The notes beneath the pieces were generated by a model, which worked only from the letters and a program-made list of their open reading frames with translations, ran no database searches and was not told where the DNA came from. A program made the translations under genes and the position numbers. Source: Octopus sinensis (Eukaryota). Taken from it: a stretch of 64,000 nucleotides of DNA. The stretch is taken from positions 124,001 to 188,000 of the forward strand of contig NW_021835963.1 of the NCBI RefSeq assembly GCF_006345805.1, read 5' to 3'. Of the stretch, positions 25,675 to 41,171 are shown piece by piece; position 1 is the first letter of the stretch, and each line of letters begins with the position of its first letter.

Positions 25675-26899
25675 CTGAAACAGTAACAAAGCATTTTAAT
25701 AGTATTTTACACATTTATTCTTTTACTGAATTCGGTAATTGAATCACGGACATGCTGGAGCACCACTTTTGACGGTTTCAGTTCATCATATCTATCTCAA
25801 CTACTTAATTAGTCTTGTACTGTAATGGCGAAGGTTTACCGTCTTGGTGTAAAGGAACACAAATTGATACATAGATTTACCCTAATGTACAAAAGATTAC
25901 ATACACACACTCATATATACACGAACGCAAGTACACACACACACACACACACACACGCACTCCCCCTCTCTCTCTCTCTCTCTCTTTCTCACACACACAC
26001 GCACACACACACATACTCCGTATTTACCAGCACTCTCGTATAAGGCGCACCCTATTTTATAAATATATTTTATGGATAAAATAAATTTTTTCATACTTTT
26101 ATCGAAAGATATTTTTAAAGTGGTTTCGTGGGGCAGAAATGTATGCTTCTGCGCATGTAAATATATTACCGTGACACTATAATGGAACAATGCACGAAAC
26201 CATAAATTTACCAGAACTAAACTACGATATGGTGGTTCTGCATTTCTCATTATCTACTTTCGGATCATACTGGATGTATGAGGGAAGAACAGTAACAGAA
26301 GAAAAAAGAACCTCCGTAGACCAAAGGTAAAGACAAGTCGTAAGGGGACATGGAAAATACAAAATGATACAATTGTATATACTTATACTTAAAATATCTT
26401 TTGATTTAACGTCAAAATTAAGGCAGTTTGTAGGAAGTAACGCTTATGGAAAAAGTTGGGTGTCTTTCGATCTTAGGGAAAAGGATAAAAATAAATTTGA
26501 AAAGCTCAGAACTAGAAAAAGGAGCGATTGACCCTTTGAACGGTCAATTTTTAAAAATACATTTCGAGTATTCCCCTGATAAATCATCTTTATTTACCGT
26601 TTAGTGGTGGCGGTGAAGATTATGGGTAGTTGTGGTGATGTTGATGATGGTGGAGTTAGTGGTGGTAAGGTTACGATCACGAAAGCCAGTGTTGGAAATC
26701 AATTAAAAACTGCAGACCTTGTTCACAGTTACTAGCTGAGAAGGGTTTCGGAAATCTCCACGGGATGTCAATGATTCAATTAAATGGGTGCATATAAAAG
26801 ACATGAGAACGACTGTGGTTAATAAAAGGAAGAATCGGTCTAATAATGAAAGAACGAACTTCAAGCACGAAGTCCAAGAAACACAACGCTTAAAGATTT

Positions 26900-28290
26900 T
26901 TAACAAGTGGTGTCAGTAACTATTCCGCCCTGCTATACATAGAACAACAAACAATGGGTCCGCAGAAAGCAAGGTTGCCCTATTGAAATCCATCCTGAGA
27001 ATGTGCTGTATAGGCTAGTAAGAGTATACTGAATACACCGGCCAACAAGAATACATCTTTCTACTTCTCTATAATGTGAAAGTCTCAAAATCATTTCAGG
27101 CTTTCAAATACACTAAAATGTAGTTTGAACCACTTCTTGTTTTATATTTGCATAGCTGGAGATTGATGCCCTGCGGGATACAAGATAGAAAGAAGCTTCC
27201 GTATTTCAAACAGTCAAGAGTCAAAGGGCTCTTTTCACTACTCTGTTAAAACACTGTGAAGCTTCCATTCCGTTTTTGCTTTGGCTCAAATATCACCAAA
27301 CACTTTTAATGATTCCAAAAGGAACAAGGGCCAATAAAATTCATGCTTGTATTAAATCGTTATCTCTTTGGACCAAAGTTAAAGCATCAAGCTGTCTACA
27401 AACATGAGAATCATTCTTTTCGAAGATTATCTGCCTGGTCATTTTAACAAATTTTATTATAAGTTGCAGACAGATTTCATTCTGGCAGTAAGGTACCACT
27501 GACCAAGCTCCTATAAGTGCAGTGATTAAGTCAGAGGTAAAATTGATTTCAAGAGTATTCCTCAAGCTGCAACATCAAAAACTAACACACAATCGACCAT
27601 GCAAAACACATGCTTGGGTTCACAACACCAACTGTCAGTTGTTGCAGGCAAATCCAGCGAATAGTTGTATCTTCAAATCAATAAATATTCTTTTCTACTC
27701 TAGGCAAAAGGCTCGAAATTTTGGGGGAGGGGGCTAGTCGATTAGATTAACTCCAGTATGCAACTGGTACTTTAATTTATAACCCTGAAAGGATAAAAGG
27801 CAAAGTCAACCTCGGCAGAATTTGAACTCAGAACATAAAGACAGAAGAACTACTGCTAAGCATTTCGCCTGGCGTGCTAACGTTTCTGCCAGCTCGCCGC
27901 CTTTCAAATCAATAAATATTGTTGTTGATCAGGAAGAACTAATTCACTATTCAGCAGAATTTTATGATTCACAGGAGCTTTCAGGTCTACTCCCACACAG
28001 ACTTTACCTAAGAGAAGGTCCTAAACAATTCTGGTGCATAATTTAAATAGCTGCAGCTATGCTGTTTATTTTAAATAACCATGGCTATGCACAAGACAAA
28101 TGGTTAAGAAGCTAATTCCACATGGCATTAGGACTCCTAACCACACTGCCGCAAAAGGGAGTACGCAATAAAACTCAGAATTCTACCGATACCAAGAGAT
28201 GTGCCCTTTCTATTTAGAAAGCGTATCAATTCCCAGAAAATCAAAGTCTGACTACATCAAATGATAAATCACAAGAGCTGAACTGCATCA
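26900..28290 (+). pseudogene. Decayed Helitron RepHel (Rep linker plus PIF1-like helicase) fragment
   Basis: IPPCYT*NNKQWVRRKQGCPIEIHPENV, EYIFLLLYNVK, KLSTNMRI, FKSINIVVDQEELIHYSAEFYDSQELSGLLPHRLYLREG, WLCTRQMVKKL, ILPIPRDVPFLFRKR, NDKSQ; heavily disrupted and internally deleted. Confidence 0.8.
27690..27902 (-). mobile_element. SINE family S2 (ggcggcgagctggcag head) with 18-bp TSD. About 20 further copies or fragments, e.g. 4390-4550, 5105-5270, 7970-8115, 34620-34815, 42295-42485, 44390-44625, 48750-48970, 53570-53800, 60430-60845, 61915-62470, 63825-64000
   Basis: TSD ttcaaatcaataaatatt at 27672-27689 and 27903-27920; central gcctttcatcctttcggggtcgataaa.taagtaccag block (resembles the Nin/Deu-type SINE domain, from memory). 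Confidence 0.85.
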
Positions 28291-28461
28291 AGAAATATTA
28301 CTTACTTTGCTAATGACCAATTTTATGTTTATGTTAGATTCTCAAGAGTTGGAAACCCAATAATCTCTTTATATTATTTTTGGTAAAACTAAAACCATAT
28401 TTTTGGGGGGGGATTTGGTTTGCAAGATTCTTTATATGAGTTCGTGTGTTGAAGCATATTC

Positions 28462-28838
28462 TGTTGTGTCTGGGGAGAGTCATTTTCTTTTTGTGCCTTA
28501 TAATATAACACACTTATAATATAACACACATACATACATACATATATGCATGTGCATACACACACATATATACCTACATACACATGCAAACACACACATA
28601 CATACATACGTACATGCATGCATGTATAGGAACACAGACACACTGACTCACACATATGCGCACAAACAAACAAAAGGGAACGCAGTGTAAATAAAGGACA
28701 GAGTCAAAACTATTGAAAAGGTTGCAAGACGCAACGAAAGTTTTAGGAAAATAAGAATATGAAAAAAGTGGAAATTTTGCCGGTGAGCATGTTAAATTAT
28801 AAGGCATGAAAAGAAAATGACTCTCCCCAGACACAACA
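28462..28838. mobile_element. MITE with ~43-bp TIRs
   Basis: tgttgtgtctggggagagtcattttctttttgtgccttataat is the reverse complement of attataaggcatgaaaagaaaatgactctccccagacacaaca. Confidence 0.8.
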
Positions 28839-29329
28839 TAATTTTTTTATCACTGCGTATATTGCATTTCTCATATTTGGATATGTGGGTTTACTCTCAA
28901 CACTACGGTTTCCACATGTCATAGAATATCTTTATTCTATGGCTAGTTTTCCTCCCGTCACTTGGCTATCTATTCAATTTTCAAATAATTTTAAGAATTA
29001 AAGACAATGTTCACTTATAGTTGCAAATAAAATAAAAGTGTTCTCACATTTCCTTAATATTTATTTAATATGCTTGAATTAAATATACGGCACAAGTGGA
29101 ATTCAATGTACTGTTAATATAAAGGGCACATTTTTAACATAATGCATTAGTCATAAGGCTGCGTTAAATGTACTGGTAAAAGATTTTATTCTCTTTAACG
29201 AGAAGCAACGTTACAAGGTATCTGCATTTCCTACTAAATACGGTTTACTATCCCGGAATTAAACCATGAACGCTTAAACAGTATTTAGCTACCTTGTAAT
29301 TATTCTCCTGGATTTTTCCTATGAATTAT

Positions 29330-29830
<501 letters not shown>

Positions 29831-30086
29831 TAAGATAAGATTAGAAAATGGAGAAATAAATAACAATAAGAAGGGGATCTTTGGTGTTATTAAGGCATTA
29901 TTTAATTAAGATGGGAGTATGATAAGGTAAGTTTACAGTAATTACCAGGAGTGCCTCTGGATACATCTATCCCTTAGATGGCTTTCATAAATCTAACTTA
30001 TATCAATTTAACTATTTCACCATAGATTGGTGAAACAAAGTTGAATAGTTAGTATTAATTGATTTTTAAGCCATTGGACGAGTATA

Positions 30087-30205
<119 letters not shown>

Positions 30206-30329
30206 TGTGTCAGCTATTTGAGAATAACACTTTTAAAGACTATCAGTTTTCCAAACTCTAACTAAATATCTTCTCTTTTTGCAGCCTGGAAGCTTCGAAT
30301 CTAACAGAGACGATGAAAAAGTATATGAA

Positions 30330-31580
30330 TCTCGCCTTAACCGCTAACCAATGATTGCAACCTTTGTAAATGTCATCAGATCCTTCTTGTTTGAGAACAG
30401 GAAGGAGCTTCTAGCCTCTGATGGGAATGTGTCTTGAGTGGTCAAAAAAAAGGAGAAAAAGACATTCTCAACGGTCAGACAACGTCAGAGAAATCGAGTT
30501 TGTCCAGTGAGTCCAGGACATCAACCCGAAGGTCAATGAGGAACATCATCTCCATGTGTAGGCGTCAACGTTTAAACGTGTGATGCATAAAGATATCATG
30601 TGAAAATCCTGTGTTATGAGAAGTCAGTTCATCTCTCTATATATAAACGGCAGTTTGTCTGTGCGTGTTTCTGTGTGTCTGTTTGCTTGTACCATCACCT
30701 TGACCACGGCTTTCAACTGATTCTGATGAAACTTGACACACACATAGCCCAATGTCATAATTCAAAACTAACGCAGCGAAAATTTTGAAAAGTTCCCCCA
30801 GTTCTGAAAAAAATCGATAAATTCGACATGGGGTCGAGAATCAGAAACACAAACCGCAAACTGTCTAGGGGACGCAACTCCACCTTTTTTAACTAAAAAA
30901 AAAATTTACCATCATTTTTTCCAATTTTTTTGCTATTTTTTGGCTATAACTCTCTAAAAATGCTTTATAGTTATTTCCCTTACAAACCTGAGCAACGCCG
31001 GGCGATACTGCTAGTTTCTGATAAAACCCATAAGCACCCTGAGGAACCTGACATGCTCCCCTTCTTCTCAGGTGAGAAGAACTATGTTCGAAATTTTTAA
31101 AAATGATTTAGATGATGGTACACCAAGTTGCCATCATCTAGATCGTTTGGAGGGTCGTAAGCAATGAGGGCCATGTCATGCTTCTTCATGTTTTCTCCGC
31201 AAAGTTTTAGGGTTAATGCAGCAGCCTACACCGAGACAATTGAGCCTGTTGTCAAGTTCTGGATCAAGAGAGTTGCTCGGGGAAACTGTACGTGTTACAG
31301 CAAAAATCTGCTGCCTTCCACACAGCCTACACGGTTCAGAAGTGGTTGGCCGAACATTTTCACGATCATGTTACCTCTAACATTTAATCTCCTAGTCATT
31401 CTGATTTTAATCCTCTGAGTTACTCTGTCTGGAGCATCGCTGAGAGAAAGACCAACAAGCATACTCACAATGCCAAGGACTCGCAGATGTCTGTTTTGGG
31501 GGATTTTATGGCAAACATGAATGAAGATTCCTTGTTCAACGTATTTAGTCATTTCAGAAGCCGTATCGAAGATACAATCG
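30330..31580 (+). mobile_element. Tc1/mariner (maT/DD37D-like) transposase remnant split by Helitron-like copy 4
   Basis: MRSQF|ISDKT across the insertion; VSNEGHVM; RVNAAAYTE; QQKSAAFHTAYTVQKWLAEHFHDH; DFNPLSYSVWSIAERKTNK; FRSRIE. Confidence 0.8.
30632..31014 (+). mobile_element. Non-autonomous Helitron-like element, copy 4
   Basis: TCTCTCTATATATAAA...cctgagcaacgccgggcgatactgCTAG at A|T; removing it restores the transposase frame. Confidence 0.85.
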
Positions 31581-31978
31581 ATTAAAAGCGTAAGGACTGG
31601 AGTGGTACTTTATTTTATCGACCCCAAAAGAATTAGAGGTAAAGTCAACTTCGGAGGAATTTCAACTCAGAATATGAAGAATCGGAAGAAATGTTTCAAA
31701 GTATTCTGTCCGGCTTGTTAACGTTTCTGTCAGTCAAAAATTTCTGTCAGTCAAACATTTACATTAAAATTCCGCCAATGTTAGATTGGCCTTAAAAAGG
31801 GGACATGGATAAAAGGTAAGACAAATGACCCCTGTAGAAGGCATTAGTCACTCCTGACTAGAAGACAAAAAGAAAAAAACCTCTTTCATTGGATACAAGA
31901 TTATGGTTCTTCCAAAAACGGTGGGGGAGGGATTTAAAATCTACAAAAGAAAAAAACAAATATTTTTTCAGCACCTAC

Positions 31979-32105
31979 CGATAAATACAATCTTCAGCAA
32001 AGCAACAACGCAAGGAATCATGGAAGCGTCACTGAGCAGGTATTGGGTGAGCTGGAAGAATCCTTTTGGTTTCAAGCTAACCAGTAGAGAATCGACGTCG
32101 ATCAT
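31979..32105 (-). CDS. SLC22 gene A coding exon 1 (MIDVDSLLVSLKPKGFFQLTQYLLSDASMIPCVVALLKIVFI-G)
   Basis: ATG at 32105, 127 nt, donor G|gtaggt. Same length and clear homology to the paralogue exon at 445-571. Missed by the ORF track. Confidence 0.9.
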
Positions 32106-32162
32106 TTTGTCCGCTGTTTAACTGTAACACTAATTATTGTTTCTTTGGAAATGCTGATAATG

Positions 32163-32235
32163 TCGACGAGGGCGATGGAGACGACGAGGGCGATGGAGAC
32201 GACGAGGGCGATGGAGACGACGAGGGCGACGGCGA
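32163..32235. repeat. 18-bp GC-rich minisatellite (GACGAGGGCGATGGAGAC-type) x ~4, just upstream of the SLC22 A start codon
   Basis: Direct reading. Confidence 0.9.
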
Positions 32236-32780
32236 TGAAGATGATACTGATCTGATGATGATGACAATGCCGTGGATGAAGTCGATACTGCTGCAAATAT
32301 AATCGCCGTTGAACTTTGTGTTAGCTTCAATGCGTTTGTATTTCTCGACGTGTATCACAGCCACACTCCACCAGTCTGGGTCTGATAGGATTTTGATTCT
32401 TCTCTCTCTATAGGTTATATTGTTATCATTGTAATGTAATTGTAATGTACCAATCGCGTAGGTTTGAGGTGGGGTGGTGGCTAAAGTTAAGTCAGAAACT
32501 GATATGGCGTGGTAGACGGTTCGTCGCATTGCAACGACTGTCATACAGAAAGAGCGTTTCTACGGTCCATAGGGCAATCCCACACGTAAACACATACCTA
32601 AAGATACAGACTTACAAATACAAATTCACTCAGACACGCAATCACTCAGTGACTCAGCCAAAATTGTACAAGACGGTAACTAAAGAAACGAGAAATGTGC
32701 GTGTGTGTGTGTGTGTGTGTATATAGACATAATGTGTAGGTTTCTCTATATACAAATACACACACACACACACACGCAGG

Positions 32781-32828
<48 letters not shown>

Positions 32829-32925
32829 TATATATAAAAAATGAGTTAAGAGAAATAGCTCAAAGTGAAAAACAGACAAATACAGGTGTATCAAATTCCA
32901 TACAACACAAATTCTTGAGGCATGT

Positions 32926-32962
<37 letters not shown>

Positions 32963-33140
32963 TGCGTGTGTATGCGTGTACATAGACATAATGTGTAGGT
33001 TTATCTATATAAAAATACACACACACACACATAAAACAAAAATAAATTAAGAGAAATAGCTCAAAGTGACCAGTGGCATATGTATGAAAAACATAAACAA
33101 ATACAGGTGTATCAAATGCCTTACAAAACAAATTCTCAAG

Positions 33141-33177
<37 letters not shown>

Positions 33178-33619
33178 ATATTTTTAAAATTTTATTTGTT
33201 TCAGTCATTTGACTGCGGCCATGCTGGACCACTGCCTTTAATCAAACAAATCGAGCCCCCAGGACTTATTCTTTATAAGCCTAGTACTAATTCTATCGGT
33301 CTCTTTTTGCCGAACCGCTAAGTTTCAGGGATGTAAGCATCAACATCTGTTGTCAACCAATGGCAGGTGCACACACACACACACACTTACATATAGGACA
33401 GGCTTCTTTCAGTTTCCGTCTACCAAATCCACTCACAAGGCTTCGGTGGGCCCGAGGCTATAATAGAAGACACTTGCCCAAGATGCCACGCATTAGGACT
33501 GTACCCGGTACCATGTGGTTGGTAAGCAAGCTACTTACCACACAGCCACAATAATAATAACAATAATTAAAATGCTGCTAGGGATCCATACATATGCAAT
33601 AATAATGATAATAATAATG

Positions 33620-34112
<493 letters not shown>

Positions 34113-35121
34113 AATAATTATCATTATATGCATAAAGTTAAAGTGATCATTAATAATTAAATTGACAAAAATACTTCAACATAGTAGCTACATAGAATCG
34201 ATTGAGAATTATATACAAGTCCTCTTGGGTAGAGTACACATGACATCACGAATAAATATTTTAAAAAATTTTCGTTAATGCCTTGAAGCAGGAGCAACAT
34301 ATTTTGAATAAATATGAAATAAAACAATAGTTTTATGTCGCCACCAGTTTTACCAGAAATAAATAATTCAGCGATTATTATAATGAGAGACTTTCCGAAA
34401 TAGCTTCTTGGTGACAATTATTATATCTGAAATTAATTTTGCTTGAATTGTGACTACGGGAGGCTTTAGCTTACTTCTTATAGATACAACATCGATTTTC
34501 CTGAAGCTACATTCCCGAAGCCCTTCAGGGTTATTGATTTCCAAACCTGAGATGGTCACCCTGGTCAACACACTCCAAAGTAGACACGTACCCGTACATT
34601 ATTAGAAGAAATAGTTTCAAATTTTGGCACAAGACCAGACATTTAGTGAGAGTGGTAAGTCAATTACATCAACCCCAGTATCTACCTGTATTTATTTCAT
34701 CGACCTCGAAAAGGATGAAGGACAAAGTCGACCTCGGTGGAATTTGAACTCAGAACGTAATGAATGCCGCTAAGCATTTTGCCCGGAGTGCTAACGATTC
34801 TGCCACCTCGCCACCTTACATTAGCATAAATAATACAAGTTTATTGATATAGCAATCTGCAAGGCACAAGTCTGCAGGATTCCAGGGAACTAGTCTGGCG
34901 ACCGCTGACATTTGAAGTTCCTGCTCATGAATTATTGCGGATTATAGGAGGTTCCGAACCATTTGTGTTGTACCAGAATAATACGATTAAATTGTAGAAA
35001 TATATCATTGGTGTCGCTGGAGTCGCTGGTGTTGTATCGCTAAGTAATTGCTCGACTTCTTTTTCGACGAGTAGCAGTAGCTTTGGCAAGTTTTAATTTA
35101 TCACCGAGGGAGTATGTTTAC

Positions 35122-37606
35122 TAGGGTTATGACCTTTTCACAACCTAATAACCCTATACTGTATTTCGATGAATGATTTTATAAAAGTTAAGAAACTAAC
35201 ATTTATTATGCTTTATCTGAAAAAATGACACCCGACAACTTAAGAAATCGATCACCACTTTTGACCCAAAGCATGCAATATTGTAGGGTGGAACCATAAC
35301 GCCTGCTCAAGTTTTTACCAAACTTGATGTGCTGATTCAATGGGATGCAGAAATAGTATATCTGAAATTTCAGCTTTCTAGTTGAAGTAGTTTCGGAGTT
35401 ATGGGCTTTTGAAACTATGATCACTAGATGGCACTAAATTCCCTCTTCAATATTTCCGCTGCCTAAATCCCTGTAAACGCAACAGAGATGTGGAAGAAAC
35501 ATGTATTTATGCATTTTAAAGATTACTGAATTGAAATTGCTCTATGCAAGGGTTCAAAACTAGGCTTTTTTAAGACAGAGGCCACTACAAGAATTCGATA
35601 ACATACAAAATTTTAAAAAAACAATGCATATTTTAAACTTTATAGATTTAATTCCAATTTTGAATAATTGCATAAGAAAAATGGTACTGAATGTTAGCAA
35701 ATTTTTAAACATAACAAAGAATTAATATGTTTTCTTGAATAAAATGTTAGTTAGTTAGTTAATTTTTTGGTTCAAAAAGCAAAAAGCAAGGCCATGTAGG
35801 GGGACATGGAGTTATGTACAGGGTGGTGTTCATGTAAAGAGTTCAGGCCACTTGTGGTCAAGGGAGACTTTGAACCGAGCGGTCGTCGGCATCTTCCCCA
35901 TCTCGTCTGGCAGCTTATTCCACGGATCGAAGCTGAAGTTTCTCCTTCTTTGTATACACATCATAAAGATCTTGAAGGCACTTGGTGCCTCGTTCTGCAA
36001 TTTTGATTTGTTCTGAGAATTTCCAGTTTTGATGGTTCTCGACTCCAAAATTTTTTTTATGAACTTGCAGGCTACCACATAACTTCTGATAATTATGTGT
36101 ATTGAACATTTGGTCAGTAAACCAAAAATCTGCACAGCTGTAAGGGATGAATCGACAAACATTGAAAAGCAAAACTCTTTTTTCTGGTAGAAGAATAACT
36201 GCCAAAAGCGCTAGTGTTGCTCGAGAATTCCATCTTGTATGACTTAAGTTGGGTATTTTTCGAAACTTTACAGTAGGAAATTCGCCGACTTCTTCAAAGA
36301 AATGAAAAACTCTGGTCAAATGAAATAGAAATTCCATGTCATCTCGCCATCCTGCTGATTCAGTAATCTTTTCTTCACCATTGTTGAAATTAGCCTGGAG
36401 TTTCTCGTAATTACTTAGCTCTGGGATGAATGTATATTCAATATTGGGAGATGACTTTTTCTCCAAGTTATTCACTACAATACGAAGAACTCTATCAAGT
36501 ATGTGATGCTGACAACCAATGAATTGCAGTCCTTTCAAACTCTTTTGAGCAAACAGTCTTTGTAACTGAATGACAATGCCATTTCTTTTTCCAGTGTTCA
36601 AACTCGTTGTATCAGCGACAATCATCTTTACACAGTTCCATAAATTGTATTCATCTAAAACAGCTGTTATTCCTTTCACAACAGTATCAGCTTTTCCCTG
36701 AATGACACTGGAGTGGCATTCAGGACACTTTTCTTCTTTTGGGTGGATGGACAGTTTTGGAACTGGCTGCCTTTCCAGTTGCATACCCAACCTGTCCCTC
36801 GCTTTCAATCTGAAGATAATATTACCTTCTATCCTCACTGCACAGCCATTCACCGTTTTCCTTTGTGATGTCAAAAATTCCTTTCAATGAATCGTATTTT
36901 GCTTGTTTTACACATTCAACGTAGGTATTCAGCACTTTTTCTACTTTTGCTTGCACATTTTGATTTGATAAATATGAGAAATTTAATTTCTTTTGTCATA
37001 AAAAAGTTACTTCTTTCGAAATTTCCTTTGCTCTTTCTTTCCTTCCTTTGATGGCACCTCTTCGGAACAGGTAGCGACCGACAATTTGAAGTTTCTTTGG
37101 TATCCTACAGTTGTTTTCCAAAAAATGCTCTTCTAGAGGAACAGGTTTTCTTTTCCTATGTGAGTCTTAAAATTGCACGAGATTTTTCGTCCAAATTTTT
37201 TTGTTTCTTTGAGTGACACAAGCACTTTTCTTTTTGCGTCAAAGAACTAAACATGAGAGAGAGGGAATATTTTCTAAAGTAGGGCCTAAGTGGTAACAAA
37301 TTAAAAACTCTATAACTCCTTAACTACTTCAACTTGAAAGGTGAAATTTGAGATATACTGTTTCTGATTTTCATTAAGTCAGCACACCAATTTCGTAAAC
37401 ACTTCAGTAAACATTATAAACCCCAACTAAAATTTTGCATGATTTGGGTCAAAAAGGGTGTCAGATTTCTTCAGTTTGGGGTGACTTTTTAAAAAAAAAA
37501 AAAAACTTAAAATAAAAGGTATTTTCCCTACTTATATGAAATTGTTCATCCACTTTTGATACAGGTATTTGTTTACTTCTAAAAAAATCAGAAAGTCATA
37601 ACCCTA
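35122..37606 (-). mobile_element. Full-length hATm-like DNA transposon with decayed transposase
   Basis: TIR TAGGGTTATGAC / GTCATAACCCTA; subterminal inverted blocks; flanks atgtttac / atattttc (6/8); ORF 35915-36874 with DTTSLNTG, CQHHILD and RWNSRA. Confidence 0.8.
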
Positions 37607-38804
37607 ATATTTTCGTTAAGAAATGCGCAATTCCTGGTCTGTTTATGCGATAAGAATTGCTTAAACAGGCCAGGCATAGTATATTTCTTGATGGCGAAAA
37701 AACAAAATAATGACGATTTGATTACGTATCAAACAGTTAACAATGTACCAAGCCTTATCCTCGAATTTACAATCTTGTGTTAATTAGTTCGTTTTATTTA
37801 GCCCGTTCAGCTGACTGGTCCATCTTCATTATACAAGTGAGATTATTATTTTAATAAAAGTGTTCGGAGAATACACGTGCATGATTTTAAATGTTCGTTC
37901 AAATGTTTTTTAAAATAATTATCTGAAACAGCACTTTGTCTTTTCCTTCGGGACCGAATATTTGGTTTATTAAACCCTCTCTTTCATGAGCAATCCAGAA
38001 ACATAAATACTCTTTTACTCTTTACTTGTTTCAGTCATTTGACTGCGGCCATGCTGGAGTACCGCCTTTAATCGAGCAACTCGACCCCGGGACTTATTCT
38101 TTGTAAGCCCAGTACTTATTCTATCGGTCTCTTTTGCCGAACCGCTAAGTAACGGGGACAGAAACACACCAGCATCGGTTGTGAAGCAATGCTAGGGGGA
38201 CAAACACAACACACAAACACACACACACACACACACACATACACATATATATATATACATATATACGACGGGTTTCTTTCAGTTTCCGTCTACCAAATCC
38301 ACTCACAAGGCTTTGGTCGGCCCGAGGCTATAGTAGACGACACTTGCCCAAATGTATATGATTTCTATTTCTCCGTCTCCTGCAACGATGTAATCCTTGA
38401 GATACGTGATTAAGCCGATCGAGATGAATTTCCCAGTTATTACGATTCGTCAAATTATAGAAAAAGGGGTCAAAGTTGGGAACCAAAAGAAATTACAGCG
38501 GAGACATACAAGAAAATAGAAACTGTAATTTTTTTGTTCCCAACTTTGACCCTCCATAAATCTTAAATTTTATTCTAGAATTTATGGGAGCAACTGTCTT
38601 TGAATACTCATATTGTCGTTAAATGCTCGAAATGAAGAGTAGATAAACAGCTGACAACTGATGAAGGCTCCTTTGTCTCTGTTTACTTGCCCTGTTTTCT
38701 ATTACTTCTTGTTTGCGTATTTCACTCGTTTTTCCCTCATTTATTTATATATTTCATGCTATTTGCACCGTTGGTGACGCCCTGTATCCATATATGCATG
38801 TATG

Positions 38805-38847
<43 letters not shown>

Positions 38848-38933
38848 ATTTATTATATACATATATATTATATATTATTTATTATTTAATCGATTGCGAC
38901 GCATCCATTTCCGAGTAAGTACATATATATAAT

Positions 38934-39250
<317 letters not shown>

Positions 39251-40184
39251 ACAATAACATATCATCAACAAAAAGCTAACTCTGAAGAGAAGACCACCTC
39301 GAGGAACCCCACACAAAGACTCGGATTACTGTGTACCATCAGTCAAAAGTGTCCCCCTCCAATTTTTCCACCCTTTTTTTATGGTCGTATGAGTAGAATA
39401 GGCACATCTAGTCCCCTAAACCATGCTGGAGTTAGTTCTTTTTATAAAACATGCTACCTTTCCATCCTCACATTACTCTTGTGGCCGATAAGGGCTTGTC
39501 CACGAAGTAAAACCTTGGTTTTTAAACTGTTTTCACTACGTCCACCACAAAACATTCTTCCCTACTTCAATGACGAAGAGTGACCACCTTTCCATGCCAA
39601 AGAAAAGCGATGGGTTGGTCTTCATCCTAGACTCGAATGATGGTGACATTTGTCACGCACGTGACAGTCGCTGCTCGACACAAGTCTGCAAAATGGCAAT
39701 GCATGACCAATGAACGAATGCGTGCATGATGGATTCCTTGACCTGCGCACTTCTCGGAAAGGTTCGGCTGACAGCACTTGAGTGACCGTAGATTTTGTTC
39801 TGAACATACAATATTCACCTGTATTCCTGCCAAACTAAGGAATTCCGGGAGTTGTCCATAATCTCCTAAATTAATTTCCCTCCAAACGAAACTTCCCTGG
39901 CGATCTTTGTTGGCATCCAGAATCGGTCTTAGCCACTGTCGGTTATATATTCCTTTAATATGCGTTAGTTAACGTTCTACTAACCGCATTTTCAGGATGG
40001 TAAGAGTGCAGTGAGCATCTGGCAACATTCCAGAACCCGAAAAACCTACTTGCTGAGGTGGGAGGAGAGGAGGACAAGGAAGAGGAGGGGAAGGAGGAGA
40101 AAGAGGCGGGGCAAGAAAGGGAGGACACGCTATTTCGGAATATTATATTTCATTTTAGCAGAACCAAACATTTTAACTATCACT

Positions 40185-40450
40185 AACACACACACACACC
40201 CACACACTTACACACACACACACTCACACACACACACTCTCACACACACACACTCACACACACACACATGCACGCACACACACTCACACACTCACACACT
40301 CACACACACACACATGCACGCACATACACACACACACTCACACACACACACTCACACACTCACACACACACACATGCACGCACACACACCCACACACTTA
40401 CACACACACACACTCACACACACACACACACACACGCACGCACACACCGT
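40185..40450. repeat. Degenerate (CA)n microsatellite
   Basis: Direct reading. Confidence 0.97.
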
Positions 40451-40608
40451 GTACCGCACACGCACATGCCACACACAAGCACATGCACAAAAACGTGAAC
40501 TGAAATAGGATTATATAATAAGTCTATGCAAATAAGCTGCGGAAGGGCATAAACGTGATGTCACCGAGAAACCCAGTTGAAAGATGTCTATCTCCATATA
40601 TATATATA

Positions 40609-40830
40609 CTAGCAGTATCGCCCTGCGTTGCTCGGGTTTATAAGGGAAATAACTATATAAGCATTTTTAGAGATGTAAAGTATAATAGCCATCTCAATAT
40701 GGCTAACCACAAAGGGGGGGGTGTTACTGTAGCTTTTTACGTTCTGAGATTTAATTATAAATTTTTAGAGAGTTACTTCCCTTATATATGCCAAAAAATG
40801 CATCAAAAATGGGGAAAATTGATGGTAAAT
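40609..40830 (-). mobile_element. Non-autonomous Helitron-like element, copy 5 (3' part only)
   Basis: CTAGcagtatcgccctgcgttgctcgggtttataagggaaataac is the reverse complement of the family 3' end. Confidence 0.8.
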
Positions 40831-40946
40831 AACACAAGGTAACAATTTTCAAATAAAAAATTGTTTATTGTATTTTTTTTTTGTTTATGAATCCATTTTT
40901 TCTGCTGATTCCAAAAATGAAATTATTTTTCATGTATCATCAACAG

Positions 40947-41135
40947 AGGCGCAGGAGTGGCTGTGTGGTAAGTAGCTTGCTTACCAACCACATGGTTCCG
41001 GGTTCGGTCCCACTGCGTGGCATCTTGAGCAAGTGTCTTCTGCTATAGCCCCGGGCCGACCAATGCCTTGCGAGTGGATTTGGTAGACGGAAACTGAAAG
41101 AAGCCCGTCGTATATATGTATATATATGTATATAT

Positions 41136-41171
<36 letters not shown>

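Noticed and set aside
38657-38680. CTGATGAAGGCT (also minus-strand CTGATGA at ~47880, and ccgagga...gcgcgaaag at ~7470-7520)
   Set aside because: Only partial cores; the remaining hammerhead elements cannot be built from the sequence.
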